From a virus: DNA of 64,000 nucleotides. The stretch lies in IMG/VR virus record IMGVR_UViG_3300044712_000982, positions 21,373 to 85,372 of that record; one strand, given 5' to 3'. The notes beneath the pieces are model-generated. The model saw only the letters and a list, made by a program, of their open reading frames with translations, had not been told where the DNA came from and did not search any database. This document shows, in pieces, positions 16,650-26,745 of the stretch. The stretch's first letter is position 1. Each line of letters starts with the position of its first letter. The translations under genes were made by a program, and so were the position numbers.

Positions 16650-19271
16650 ATGGTGGGGCGTCGCCGTACCCGTAGTCAGCGCACGGTCGTGAAGGCCGCC
16701 GCACCCACGATCACCCCGGCCGGCACGTTCACACCACAGCAGGTGCTCGGGTTGATGCAGGCCGCCCGAAGCGGGCAGGTCACGGGCGCGTTGGTGCCGC
16801 TGCCGCGGGTTGAGCCGCAGGTGGCGTTCGGGCCGGGCGTACCGCTCATCCCGGGCGCAATCGACCCGGTGCAGCCGTCCGGCCGCCCACTTCCGCGCCG
16901 CAACGAATATCCGGTCACGGCGAACCTGCCGGGCGTCACGGATCGGCTGGTGCCGTGGTCCGTGCTGCGCGACGCGGCAGAGCGCATCCCGCTGTTCCGC
17001 AAGTGCATCGAGATCCGCAAGAAGGAAGTGGCGACGGTCGAATGGACTGTCGCCGTCACCAAGGACGCCGTCAATGCGGCGCGTGAAGTCGACGGCGGGT
17101 CGAAAGTCGAGGTTGAGAAGGCGCTGCGGGAAAGGCTGGCGCCGGAAATCTCGCGGTGTACCGAGTTTTGGAGCGAGCCCGACCGGGACCAGGGGTACGC
17201 GTTCTCACGGTGGGTGACCGCCGTCCTCGAAGACCATTTGGTGTTGGATGCGATCGCGCTGTTTCCGCGTCGGACTCGGGGCGCGGTTGCCGGGCTCGGC
17301 AAAGACCTGTACGCGCTAGAATGCATCGACGGCAGTACGGTGAAGCCGTTGCGTGACCATCGTGGTGGTCGGCCGTTGCCCCCGAATCCGGCGTTTCAGC
17401 AGATTCTGCACGGATTCCCGCGCGGCGAATTCGTCGCCGATGTTGACGGCGACGGGAACGTCATCAACGGGTACACTGCGGACCGGCTGATTTATCTGCG
17501 GTCCAACGTCCGATCGTTCACCCCGTACGGGCTGTCGGCCGTCGAGCAGGCGCTGATGGACGGCGACCTGTACCTGAAGCGCATGCAGTGGATGGGCTCT
17601 GAGTACACCGATGGCGTCATGCCCACCGGATGGCTCAAGCAGGACGGGTCAATGCTCGGCTGGACGCCGCAGCAGGTCATGGACTTCGAGCGGCAAATCA
17701 ACGACGTCTACGGCGGCCAGTCCGCGATGCGGCACAGGCTCCGTGTCCTGCCGCCGGGGATTGAGCCGGTCGAATCGACGGACGTGGCCGAACGGTACCG
17801 GCCCGAATACGACCTGCACCTGATCAAGTTGGTTGCGGGACATTTCGACGTCACCATTGCCGAATTGGGCTTCACGGAGCAGGGTGGCCTCGGGTCCACC
17901 GGGTGGCATGAGGGCCAGGCCGACATACAAAACCGGCGCGCCACCCGCCCCGACATGCAATGGCTACAGGAAACCCTGACCGACATTTCGCGTCGACACA
18001 TCGGCATGCCCCGAGAGTTGGAACTCAAATTCTTGGGCTTCGATTCCGAGGATGAGGCCGAAGCGGACACGGTCACCCAGAACAGGGTGTGCACCGCGCG
18101 GATGACCATCAATGAGGCGCGCGACCAGACCGGGCAGCCGCGCCTCGACATCCCCGAAGCCGACATGCCGCTACTCATCTCCGGGAACAACGTCACCGTC
18201 CTCGAAGGTGCCGCCGATCGGGCTGCGGCCGGCGCGGAACTCGCACAGCGGGCCATCGTGGGTAAGCAGCCCGCGGAAGACGATGACGGAGAGTCGCCGG
18301 CCCCACTGGGCGCCACATCCGACACCGAGGATGCCGACAGCCCGCCGAAGCCAGCCGCCGCCGAAGACGCCGAAGCGGAGAAGTCCGTCAAAGCGGAGAT
18401 CGGCGCGTACCGGCGTTGGCTCCGCAAAGGCCACACCTCGCGCCCATTCGTCGCCGCCCACCTCACGAAGGCCGACATCGCCACCTACGGACTCGACCCG
18501 GCCACCATCACCCCCGCCGCAGGGCGTGATGCCGACCCAAAAGCGTGGCCCGGGTGGTCCCGGGACCGGCAAACCGCCAACCACTGGGCGCCCATCCTCG
18601 CGCAGGCTTTGACTGGGGCACTGCCCGATAGCCTCACGGCCGACTACCGGCAGACCCACCCCGACGCGTCCGAGACCGAACCCGCCGAACAGTGGCTCGA
18701 CGACCGCCGCGGCAAAGTCACTGCCACACTCGCCGCGGTACTCATTCCGCTGATGCTCGACGGCGCAGTCATCGGCGCACTGTCCACACGCGCCCTCGCC
18801 GCCAGCGGCACCGCAGCCGGGGCGATCGCCTCAGTCGACTGGCTTGGCTGGCGCCCGGGTGACACCGACCGGGCACGGCAGATCCTCGCCGCCACCGGCG
18901 TCGACACGGCGATAGTCGAGGCCGAGTCGCGACGTGCCGCGCAACAACTCACCGCGGGCAGGCTCACGGCAGCAGCTGCTGCGATCGCGGCCGGCACGAG
19001 CATCACGGCAGCGCTCAACGCGTCGCCATGGGCCGCCATGGTCGCACTGACCGAGGTTGGTCGCGCTGCTGAAATCGCGGCGGCAGTGATCCAGCCGGCA
19101 ACCGGGATGCGCCACCAGCGGTGGTATCTCGACCCGCGGGTGGACAACTGCCCCATCTGCATCGAAAACGCCGAATCCGGCCCGCTGCCCGTTGGCGTGG
19201 CGTGGCCATCCGGGCACATCCGCCCGCCCGTCCACCCCTGGTGCCGCTGCCATCTCGGAGGAGCCTCGTGA
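16650..19271 (+). CDS. portal protein fused to a MuF-like minor head domain
   Basis: Portal motifs IDGSTVKP, YGLSAVE, FDVTIAELG, TINEAR; C-terminal CPICIEN..PPVHPWCRC. Confidence 0.85.
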   Translation: MVGRRRTRSQRTVVKAAAPTITPAGTFTPQQVLGLMQAARSGQVTGALVPLPRVEPQVAFGPGVPLIPGAIDPVQPSGRPLPRRNEYPVTANLPGVTDRLVPWSVLRDAAERIPLFRKCIEIRKKEVATVEWTVAVTKDAVNAAREVDGGSKVEVEKALRERLAPEISRCTEFWSEPDRDQGYAFSRWVTAVLEDHLVLDAIALFPRRTRGAVAGLGKDLYALECIDGSTVKPLRDHRGGRPLPPNPAFQQILHGFPRGEFVADVDGDGNVINGYTADRLIYLRSNVRSFTPYGLSAVEQALMDGDLYLKRMQWMGSEYTDGVMPTGWLKQDGSMLGWTPQQVMDFERQINDVYGGQSAMRHRLRVLPPGIEPVESTDVAERYRPEYDLHLIKLVAGHFDVTIAELGFTEQGGLGSTGWHEGQADIQNRRATRPDMQWLQETLTDISRRHIGMPRELELKFLGFDSEDEAEADTVTQNRVCTARMTINEARDQTGQPRLDIPEADMPLLISGNNVTVLEGAADRAAAGAELAQRAIVGKQPAEDDDGESPAPLGATSDTEDADSPPKPAAAEDAEAEKSVKAEIGAYRRWLRKGHTSRPFVAAHLTKADIATYGLDPATITPAAGRDADPKAWPGWSRDRQTANHWAPILAQALTGALPDSLTADYRQTHPDASETEPAEQWLDDRRGKVTATLAAVLIPLMLDGAVIGALSTRALAASGTAAGAIASVDWLGWRPGDTDRARQILAATGVDTAIVEAESRRAAQQLTAGRLTAAAAAIAAGTSITAALNASPWAAMVALTEVGRAAEIAAAVIQPATGMRHQRWYLDPRVDNCPICIENAESGPLPVGVAWPSGHIRPPVHPWCRCHLGGAS

Positions 19272-19552
19272 TCGTTCATCCCACGCCGTTTGCGGCCTCG
19301 GGTGTCATCGCCACCACCGCCAAGCGGTACGCCGGATTTTCGGTCCGGGAGACCGCCGGATCAACCGCGACCGTGCGGGTATGGGACTCCGCAACAGGCG
19401 CTACCGGCGCCGTGATGGAGGAGATCGCGCTCGTCGCGTACGAGTCAGCTCGCGAGTACTACCCGGCCGGCATCACCACATCGGGCCAGACCGGCATCTA
19501 CGTCGAGGTCGTGTCCGGCACGGTCACCGGATCGATCCGCAGGGAGGCATAG
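19268..19552 (+). CDS. small beta-rich hypothetical protein, possibly virion-associated
   Basis: Coupled ORF in the head module. Confidence 0.55.
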   Translation: MIVHPTPFAASGVIATTAKRYAGFSVRETAGSTATVRVWDSATGATGAVMEEIALVAYESAREYYPAGITTSGQTGIYVEVVSGTVTGSIRREA

Positions 19553-20001
19553 TGGCGCGGCAGATCACCGACGCGCAGAAGGCCGCCGCAGTCCAGCGCG
19601 TCAAGTCCGGCGAATCCAAGGCTGCTGTTGCCCGATCCCTTGGCGTGTCCGGCCCGACCGTCACCAACTGGATCAACGCCGCCGCCGCCGAGCAAGCAGA
19701 AGCCGCACCGAAATCTGAGGCGTCACGTTTCGCACCCCCAGCACCGGCAGAGGTCGTACCCCCGCCAGCGCCCGCGCCCAAACCGGTCGTCCCGGGTGAC
19801 GTCGCACCGCCCGCCACGCTCGCACCCATCCCCGGGCCGCAGCAGGCACCCACCCCGACCGTGGTCGCCGCACCCCCAGCACCCGTCCCGACCATCGCCA
19901 CGCGCGACGAAGTCTGCGGCATGTGCCGGCCACCGCAAGGTGTGCACCCGTGCGCGACGTCATTCACCTGTGCGCACGGCCATTGGGTATTGCACCTCTG
20001 A
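19552..20001 (+). CDS. HTH protein with Pro-rich linker and C-terminal Cys motif
   Basis: ESKAAVARSLGVSGPTVTNW; CGMC..C.HGH. Confidence 0.55.
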   Translation: MARQITDAQKAAAVQRVKSGESKAAVARSLGVSGPTVTNWINAAAAEQAEAAPKSEASRFAPPAPAEVVPPPAPAPKPVVPGDVAPPATLAPIPGPQQAPTPTVVAAPPAPVPTIATRDEVCGMCRPPQGVHPCATSFTCAHGHWVLHL

Positions 20002-20088
20002 CCCGGGCCTGACGTTGCGCGTCGGGGGACGGGCGGACTCAGGCCCGGCCCCCAATCAAAAGCCGTCCCCCACAGAGAAAGCGGAATC

Positions 20089-21036
20089 ATGCGCGTTGGA
20101 GTCACCGGCGGAGCCGGATTCATCGGCGGTCACGTCGTGGCCGAGTTGCGGGGCGCCGGCCACGACCCGATGGTGTTCGATACGCGTGGCCGCATCGCCC
20201 ACGGCGCACCGGTCATGATGGGCGACGTCCGCGACGCAACAGCCGTCACCGAGTTCGCAGCCCACGTCGATGCGATCATCCACCTTGCGGCGGTGCTGGG
20301 CACGCAGGAGACGATCACCAATCCGCGCCCGTCGGCCGAAACAAACATCATCGGCGCGTTGAACATCTTCGAAGCCGCAGCCCAGTACTCGCTGCCGACC
20401 GTCTATGCGGGCGTCGGGAACCATTGGATGCGCAACCACGGAACCGGCGCCTACACCATCTCGAAGACGGCCGCCGAGGACTTTGCGCGCATGCACAACG
20501 CCTACCGCGGCGGGCGCATTACCATCGTCAGGCCCGTCAATGCCTACGGCTGCGGGCAGTCGGTAGCCGCACCGTACGGCTCGTCGAAGGTCCGCAAGAT
20601 AACCCCCGCGTTCGTGTGTCGAGCATTGACCGGTGCGCCCATCGAGGTCTACGGCGACGGCACCCAAATCAGCGACATGGTCCACGTATCCGACGTCGCC
20701 CACGCCTTCGTCGCCGCCATCGACCACACCGCGCAGCATGGCGCCACCGTCAAGCCCGTCGAAGTCGGGCCGCCCACCAGCCACACCGTCAACCAGGTCG
20801 CTGAGCTGGTCATCAAGGCCGCCGCCGACCTCGGATACCCGCCCGTCGAACTGACACACCTGCCGATGCGGCCCGGAGAAGTCCCCAACGCCGTTGTGTC
20901 CGCCGACGTCTCGACCCTCGCGCAGGTAGGCATCGACCCGGGCGCATTCGTGCCGCTCGACGCGGGTATCTCCGGAACTGTCGCATGGTTCGCCGAGCAC
21001 TGGCTCCCCGGCTACCTCGCCAGCCGGTCGTCATGA
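20089..21036 (+). CDS. NAD-dependent nucleotide-sugar epimerase/dehydratase
   Basis: VTGGAGFIGGH, IIHLAA, YTISK (YxxxK), RPVNAYG, VYGDGTQISDMVHVSDVA. Confidence 0.92.
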   Translation: MRVGVTGGAGFIGGHVVAELRGAGHDPMVFDTRGRIAHGAPVMMGDVRDATAVTEFAAHVDAIIHLAAVLGTQETITNPRPSAETNIIGALNIFEAAAQYSLPTVYAGVGNHWMRNHGTGAYTISKTAAEDFARMHNAYRGGRITIVRPVNAYGCGQSVAAPYGSSKVRKITPAFVCRALTGAPIEVYGDGTQISDMVHVSDVAHAFVAAIDHTAQHGATVKPVEVGPPTSHTVNQVAELVIKAAADLGYPPVELTHLPMRPGEVPNAVVSADVSTLAQVGIDPGAFVPLDAGISGTVAWFAEHWLPGYLASRSS

Positions 21037-21236
21037 TGCCGCAGCTCGGCGAGGCCTACCGCTATCAGCCGCAGGGCATGACTGGCCATCCGGCATACGG
21101 GGTGCACGTGACCGTCGTCGGACTGATCCTCGACACGGCGACCGGAGCCAAGAAGATCCGCGTACACGGCCCGGACGGTGTCTACGAACCCACCGCCGAC
21201 ATCTTCGCCCGCGACTACTGGGGCCCACTCGCGTGA
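21033..21236 (+). CDS. small hypothetical protein
   Basis: ATGA/GTGA-coupled within the sugar cluster. Confidence 0.5.
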   Translation: MMPQLGEAYRYQPQGMTGHPAYGVHVTVVGLILDTATGAKKIRVHGPDGVYEPTADIFARDYWGPLA

Positions 21237-22237
21237 CCCGCATCCACTTCTGGTGCGCCGACGAAGCCGGGCAGGCGTTCTGGCGCATGCAACTGCCAGG
21301 CGAAGCACTACGGCGCCGCGGCCACCACGTCACCATCGGGCAGGCGTTCACCGTCGAACGACAGGGCGAGGCCGACGTGGTTGTGGGGCCGCGGATCTGC
21401 GAGCCGGCACCAACCGCCGTGTGGCAGCGACTAGCGGCTGAGGGACGCGCGCTCGTCTACGACGTCGACGACGATTACCTCAACGTCGATTCGACCAACG
21501 CGGACGCCGTCGTCTACTACGGCGACCCAGGACGCCGCGCTCGGATGATCGCCAACATCGAGGCAGCCACCGCCGTCACCTGCGTATCGCAACGCCTCGC
21601 CGACACCTACCGTCGCCACAATCCGAACACGGTGGTCGTGCCGAACGGGCTCCCCGCTCACGTGCTCGACTGGCGGCATTCCAGCCTCGGCCCGGTCACG
21701 CTCGGATGGGCCGGATCGAGCTCGACGCTCCCGGAGCTGGAGTTGATCGGCTCCCGGGTACGGCGATTCTGCGACCGCAACGCTGGCGTGCGGGTCCGCA
21801 CCGTCGGTGTCTGGCCCCGGGACCTCGCATCAGTTGGACTGCGCAGCGACGCCGTCGAATACGTCGGCTGGCGGACGCCCGGCGAAGAATACCTGCGGGC
21901 GTGCCAAGGGTTCGATGTGTGGCTGGCCCCGTACCGATCCACCGAATTCAACAGGTGCAAGGCTGCGACGAAAGCGATCGAGGCTGCCGCACTCGGTATC
22001 CCCATCATCGCATCGGCGATCGAACCCTACGAGCGGTTCGTGGAGCACGGCGTGACCGGTTTCCTGGTCCGCCGAGACCACGAATGGGACGGGTACATGC
22101 GGCAACTCGCCACTGACATCGACCTGCGTACGGCGATGGGGAAGGCCGCCCGCGACAAGGCTCGCAGCAACACGATCGAATCAATCGCGCCACAGTGGGA
22201 GGCGGCAATGGGCATCACCGCAGGGGTTGCGGCGTGA
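21233..22237 (+). CDS. GT-B fold (GT4-like) glycosyltransferase
   Basis: VYDVDDDY, VVVPNG, LGWAGS, KAIEAAALGIPIIAS..HGVTGFLV. Confidence 0.85.
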   Translation: MTRIHFWCADEAGQAFWRMQLPGEALRRRGHHVTIGQAFTVERQGEADVVVGPRICEPAPTAVWQRLAAEGRALVYDVDDDYLNVDSTNADAVVYYGDPGRRARMIANIEAATAVTCVSQRLADTYRRHNPNTVVVPNGLPAHVLDWRHSSLGPVTLGWAGSSSTLPELELIGSRVRRFCDRNAGVRVRTVGVWPRDLASVGLRSDAVEYVGWRTPGEEYLRACQGFDVWLAPYRSTEFNRCKAATKAIEAAALGIPIIASAIEPYERFVEHGVTGFLVRRDHEWDGYMRQLATDIDLRTAMGKAARDKARSNTIESIAPQWEAAMGITAGVAA

Positions 22238-23109
22238 GCGTCAACGGGCGCCCGACGATCGCGTGGACCCCTTGGGGGCGGAAGGTCACGACGTCGCTGC
22301 TGTATCGGCACCTGGCGCGTGACCACCGACGCGGCATTGTCGACGCCTGGTACCTGTACATGAATACCGACCCGGATCAGGTCGGTGATGTTGCCTACGC
22401 GCACGAACTGGCCGCGTCGCACGACTGGATTCACCTAGTCCACCGCCCGGCCGATGTTCCCGTCCTGTCGCCAAAGCAGCGCATGACCGGATTTGCCTAC
22501 CGCTATTTCACGAATGCCGACGCGGTGTATGTGCGGCTCGACGATGACATCATCTACATCCACGAAGATGCCATCACAACACTCGTGAATGCGAAACTTC
22601 AACAAGAATCGGTGCTGTGCGCATTCCCGATGACATGGAACAACGCCATTGTCTCGCACTTCGCGCAGCAGTACGGCAAGATACCCCGCGACTGGGGCAC
22701 CGTCGGCATGTACTGCATGGACCCGATCGGGTGGGCTAACGGCCAATTCGGAATCAGGATCCACAACCTCCTGCTGGAGAAGATCGAGCAGGGCCGTGTA
22801 GGTGACCTGTACCTGTACCAGGACGTTCCACTCCCGCCCGCCACCCAATTTTCCGTATCATGCTTCGCTACGGCCGGCAGCGACTACGCGATACTCCAGC
22901 CGCCCGGATTCCTCGGCTACAGCAACGACGCATACGGATGGGCCGAGGAAGAGAACTTCCACACCATCGAATGGCCGCGTCGCACCGGCAAAGTCAACAT
23001 GCTCATCGGCAACGCGTTGGTCTCCCACTACACGTTCGGGCCGCAACGCCAGGAGATCCTCGCAACCGACATTCTCGACCGCTACCGGGCGATCGCCGAG
23101 GCGCAATGA
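22234..23109 (+). CDS. putative GT-A fold glycosyltransferase
   Basis: WTPWGR start, YVRLDDDIIYIH (DxD), located between two GTs. Confidence 0.6.
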   Translation: MSVNGRPTIAWTPWGRKVTTSLLYRHLARDHRRGIVDAWYLYMNTDPDQVGDVAYAHELAASHDWIHLVHRPADVPVLSPKQRMTGFAYRYFTNADAVYVRLDDDIIYIHEDAITTLVNAKLQQESVLCAFPMTWNNAIVSHFAQQYGKIPRDWGTVGMYCMDPIGWANGQFGIRIHNLLLEKIEQGRVGDLYLYQDVPLPPATQFSVSCFATAGSDYAILQPPGFLGYSNDAYGWAEEENFHTIEWPRRTGKVNMLIGNALVSHYTFGPQRQEILATDILDRYRAIAEAQ

Positions 23110-23870
23110 GCAGCAGCGGCCGAACCGAACCGGCCCCCCTCAAAGTCGGCGTATGCGTGCCAGTACTCAACTCTCTGCCGTGGATCGAAAACCTGATCAC
23201 GTCGATCGAGGCGCAAACCTACCAGCCATTCTGCCTGTATTTTGTGGTCGACCGGAACGCGGACGGTACCGACGATGGCACCTGGGATTTCATGTCCTGC
23301 CGGTGGGGCAACTACAGCCTGACTCGCAACGATGTCCATCTTGGCTGGCCGGCGTCACTGAATCGGGCAGCCTTTTTCGCCGTCGACCACGGTTGCGATG
23401 CGTTGTTCGTTGCGAATGCGGACGATTGGCTTCGCCTCGACTGCCTCGAAAAGGCGGTTGCCGCACTACCGGGATACGACTGGGTGAATGTGTACGGCCA
23501 GCAGGTCGGCGGCCGGGACGTGGTCATGGAGTCGATTCCGCCGACGTCACTGGCGGAGCTGACGACACACACGCCGTGCACCAACTTCGCCCTCATCACG
23601 GCCAAAGCGTGGCAGGAGGTTGGCGGGTATGCCGAAGACCTCGGTCTTGCTGGGCTTGGCGCGGGCTATGAGGACTGGGAATTTTGGGTTCGCATGGTCA
23701 AAGCCCGGCTGCGCGGCAATGTGGTGAAAGAGCCGCTCTACTACTACCGCATGCACGAAGGCCAGCTGCACAGGCTGACCACGGCGCGGCACGCCGAAGC
23801 CGTGGATCTCATCATGCGGCGGCACCCCGACTTGGCGCGGATAGCACGCAAGCGGCGCAACGGCGACTGA
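23106..23870 (+). CDS. GT2-family glycosyltransferase
   Basis: VCVPVLN..SIEAQTY, SLNRA, NADDWL, YEDWEFWVR, EPLYYYR. Confidence 0.9.
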   Translation: MSSSGRTEPAPLKVGVCVPVLNSLPWIENLITSIEAQTYQPFCLYFVVDRNADGTDDGTWDFMSCRWGNYSLTRNDVHLGWPASLNRAAFFAVDHGCDALFVANADDWLRLDCLEKAVAALPGYDWVNVYGQQVGGRDVVMESIPPTSLAELTTHTPCTNFALITAKAWQEVGGYAEDLGLAGLGAGYEDWEFWVRMVKARLRGNVVKEPLYYYRMHEGQLHRLTTARHAEAVDLIMRRHPDLARIARKRRNGD

Positions 23871-23880
23871 GGGGGTGACC

Positions 23881-24786
23881 ATGGCCGGCGAACACTCGGA
23901 AGACTGCGCAAACGCGACCGGCAAGATTTGCGTCTGCTCATGCCGAGGATCGATGCACGGCATGGCCCATACCGATGGACACAACGCTCACGTGTCCAGG
24001 CTCGCCGAAGTCACCATGCCAGACGACGGCAGCACGCCAGTGGAACGGGAAAAGCATCCAGTCATCGTCGCGCAGGTCGACAACGACGCCGACCACTTCA
24101 TCCGCCATGAAGAGGACCAGTCCGAACGACTCAATCTCAATGCGCTCAGCGACGACGAACTTATGGCCGAGTTCAACGCGGCGGCCGAACGGGGAGACGA
24201 CGCGGCGGCACAGCGCATCTTCGATGAAATGGGTTGGCGTGAACAGAACATGGACACGCCAACCGGCGACGCGGGCGGCGGCGAGGACGGATGGCTTTCC
24301 GGCGGCAGCGACCTCGGCCATTGGAATGATCAGTCCGCGCCCGAGGACAGTCGCGTTGACGATCTGGTGGCTCGCGGTTGGGACTATCTGGAAGCCTACG
24401 CGGAAGTCCACGACCTAAATCCGGAACAGTTGCGCCGCGACGAGGCATCGTCTGCGGTTGAGCGCGGAGTTGGCGAAACGCTGGAACGATCGGTCCGGCG
24501 ACAGTACGACGAGTAGGTCAACCTGCAATACATTGCAGCCGAGACCGCCGTTCGGGGCCACATGCTCTCGCGTGAAGGTAAACGCGCCAACGTCGATCCG
24601 ATAACGCTGTTCTCTGGCCCAACGGCTCGTGCCAGGAAGCACGCATCCGAAGACCTGCTCCGATGGTGGGCGGATAACGGAAGGATGACGTACGCCGAGT
24701 TTCGCGCCCAGATTCTTGGTCGGGAGTCCGACGTGGAGTCGGCCAAGAAAACGCGCATGCAGTCGAACGCGAAGGACTTCATCTGA
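23881..24786 (+). pseudogene. head-module gene interrupted by a single in-frame TAG (24514-24516)
   Basis: RRQYDE*VNLQYIAAETAVRGHMLS continues in frame into ORF 24562-24786. Confidence 0.65.
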
Positions 24787-26699
24787 TGGCCAAATCGAAG
24801 CAGCCGTCAGCTGACGCGACTGACATCATGCACGCGCGTCGTCTCGGCGTTTTCGCGGGGCGTCGTGGCTTGGCGGTCACGAGTTGTCCATTTCGGGCGG
24901 ACGGCGATGCGCGACAGAGGGCGTTGTCGCTGGCGTGGGTACGCGGATTCCTGTCGGTGCGTGGTGGCGAAAGTGTCTCGTATGAATCAGATGAGGCGGC
25001 CAACATCGGGGCCGTCGAAAAAAGCGACGGAGCGGTTATGACTGATGTTGCCTACGCTTGGGCGCCTATCACTAAGACCGTCAAGCAGGACGACGGAACG
25101 CTGATGGTGTACGGGCCTGCCATTTCGACTGACCTTGACAGCGATGGCCAGCGATTCAGCCAGGAATTTATCGATAAGGCTATGCCTGCGTGGCTAAGGG
25201 ACGGGGCTAACGTCAGAGAACAGCACGACCCGAAACGGGCCGTTGGAGTAGGTGTTGGCCTTACTCGCGGCGACGACGGGGCGCAGCTTCTTGCGGCGAA
25301 GGTCGTCGACTCCGAGGCAATCAAGAAGGTCGACCACAAGGTTCTTCGTGGATTCAGTGTCGGGGTCCGTGAGCCGCGCATTGTCATGGGGAAGGCTGAC
25401 GCGCCCGGCGGGGAGATCGTGGGGGGCCGGGTAATCGAAGTGAGCCTCGTCGATAGACCAGCCAACGGTCGATGCCTATTCGAAATGGCCAAGGCCGACG
25501 GTTCCGGCGCACTTCAGCCCATCGATGACCCGAAGGTGGTCGAGCACGACGACACCCCGGACGCAACCAAGTCCGATGTGCCGGACGTCGAGAAGCGTGA
25601 CTTTCCCGCGAAAGAGCGCGAAGAGGCCGCCGAATCCGGCGAGGCAATGAAGGACGGCGCCTACCCGGTCAAGTCGAAGTCCGATCTCCGCAACGCCATT
25701 AAGGCGGTCGGTCGAGGCGGCGCCGACCACGACGCGATCCGCCGGCACATCATCGCCCGCGCGAAGGCGCTCGGACTCACCGACATGATCCCCGACAACT
25801 GGGGGCCGGACGGCGCACTCAAGGGCTCCGAGAAGACGGAATCCGCGGACGGCATCCTCAAGGCTCTCGCCGATCTCGACCTCGCCAAGGTCGACGGGGA
25901 AGGTCCGCGTGACGAGTCGCAGGATCTCGCCGGGGCACGTGACGCGCTCGGGTGTCTCGCCGCGCTGATCCAGCACGAGGCGCAGTCGCTGGGCATGGGC
26001 CAGTTCGACGAGGCCATCGACATCCAGATCCTGCTGCGCGCGGTCGATGCGCTGCGCTGGTTCGTCGAGCGAGAGCAGGCCGAAGCCGCAGGCACCGCGG
26101 CGGCAGCCGTTGCCATGCCAGCCGTGGTGGAGATGTCGGACGCACCGGACCTCACCAAGTCCGACGAGCCCGAGACGACGACCCCACCGGAGGAGCAGTC
26201 GCCCGCCGTGACCGACGAATCGGCCGACGTAGCTACTCCAGAGACCCCCGCCGACCCGGCCCCACAGTCGGAACCGGCGGTCACGAAGACCGACGTACCG
26301 ACCCTGACCAAGGCCGACGTCGCCGACCTGATCAAAACCGCAGTTGCGGAGGCCACGACTGCCGCCGAACAGCGCGAAAAGGACCTCATCGTGAAGGTCG
26401 ACGCGCAGGCCGCAGCCCTGGCAAAGGCAACCGAGCGGATCGACGCCCAGTCGGCGGACCTCACCAAGGCGCTCAGCGAGTTGGAGGCGGTCAAGGCGCT
26501 GCCCGAGCCTGGCGGGCCGGTGCTCACGCGCACCGCCGTGCAGGACCAGGCGGCACGCTATTCGGATGCCGATCTGCTGAAGGCCGAGGCGGCGAAACTT
26601 TTGCAGAAGGCCGACGGAATGGCCGACCTCACCCTCCGCGAGGGTTACCGCGAGCTGGCAGAGAAGAAGCTCGCGCAGGCCGCCCAGATCGCCATCTGA
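24786..26699 (+). CDS. prohead protease / scaffold polyprotein with N-terminal CP-x-W small domain
   Basis: NVREQHD, GFSVG, EVSLVDRPAN protease motifs; KRDF...IPDNW domain; acidic/Pro-rich then helical scaffold tail; alternative ATG at 25038. Confidence 0.8.
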   Translation: MAKSKQPSADATDIMHARRLGVFAGRRGLAVTSCPFRADGDARQRALSLAWVRGFLSVRGGESVSYESDEAANIGAVEKSDGAVMTDVAYAWAPITKTVKQDDGTLMVYGPAISTDLDSDGQRFSQEFIDKAMPAWLRDGANVREQHDPKRAVGVGVGLTRGDDGAQLLAAKVVDSEAIKKVDHKVLRGFSVGVREPRIVMGKADAPGGEIVGGRVIEVSLVDRPANGRCLFEMAKADGSGALQPIDDPKVVEHDDTPDATKSDVPDVEKRDFPAKEREEAAESGEAMKDGAYPVKSKSDLRNAIKAVGRGGADHDAIRRHIIARAKALGLTDMIPDNWGPDGALKGSEKTESADGILKALADLDLAKVDGEGPRDESQDLAGARDALGCLAALIQHEAQSLGMGQFDEAIDIQILLRAVDALRWFVEREQAEAAGTAAAAVAMPAVVEMSDAPDLTKSDEPETTTPPEEQSPAVTDESADVATPETPADPAPQSEPAVTKTDVPTLTKADVADLIKTAVAEATTAAEQREKDLIVKVDAQAAALAKATERIDAQSADLTKALSELEAVKALPEPGGPVLTRTAVQDQAARYSDADLLKAEAAKLLQKADGMADLTLREGYRELAEKKLAQAAQIAI

Positions 26700-26745
26700 C
26701 CACATCAACCAATTCCGGAACCCCCCAGAGTGCGGGGGTTTCTGC

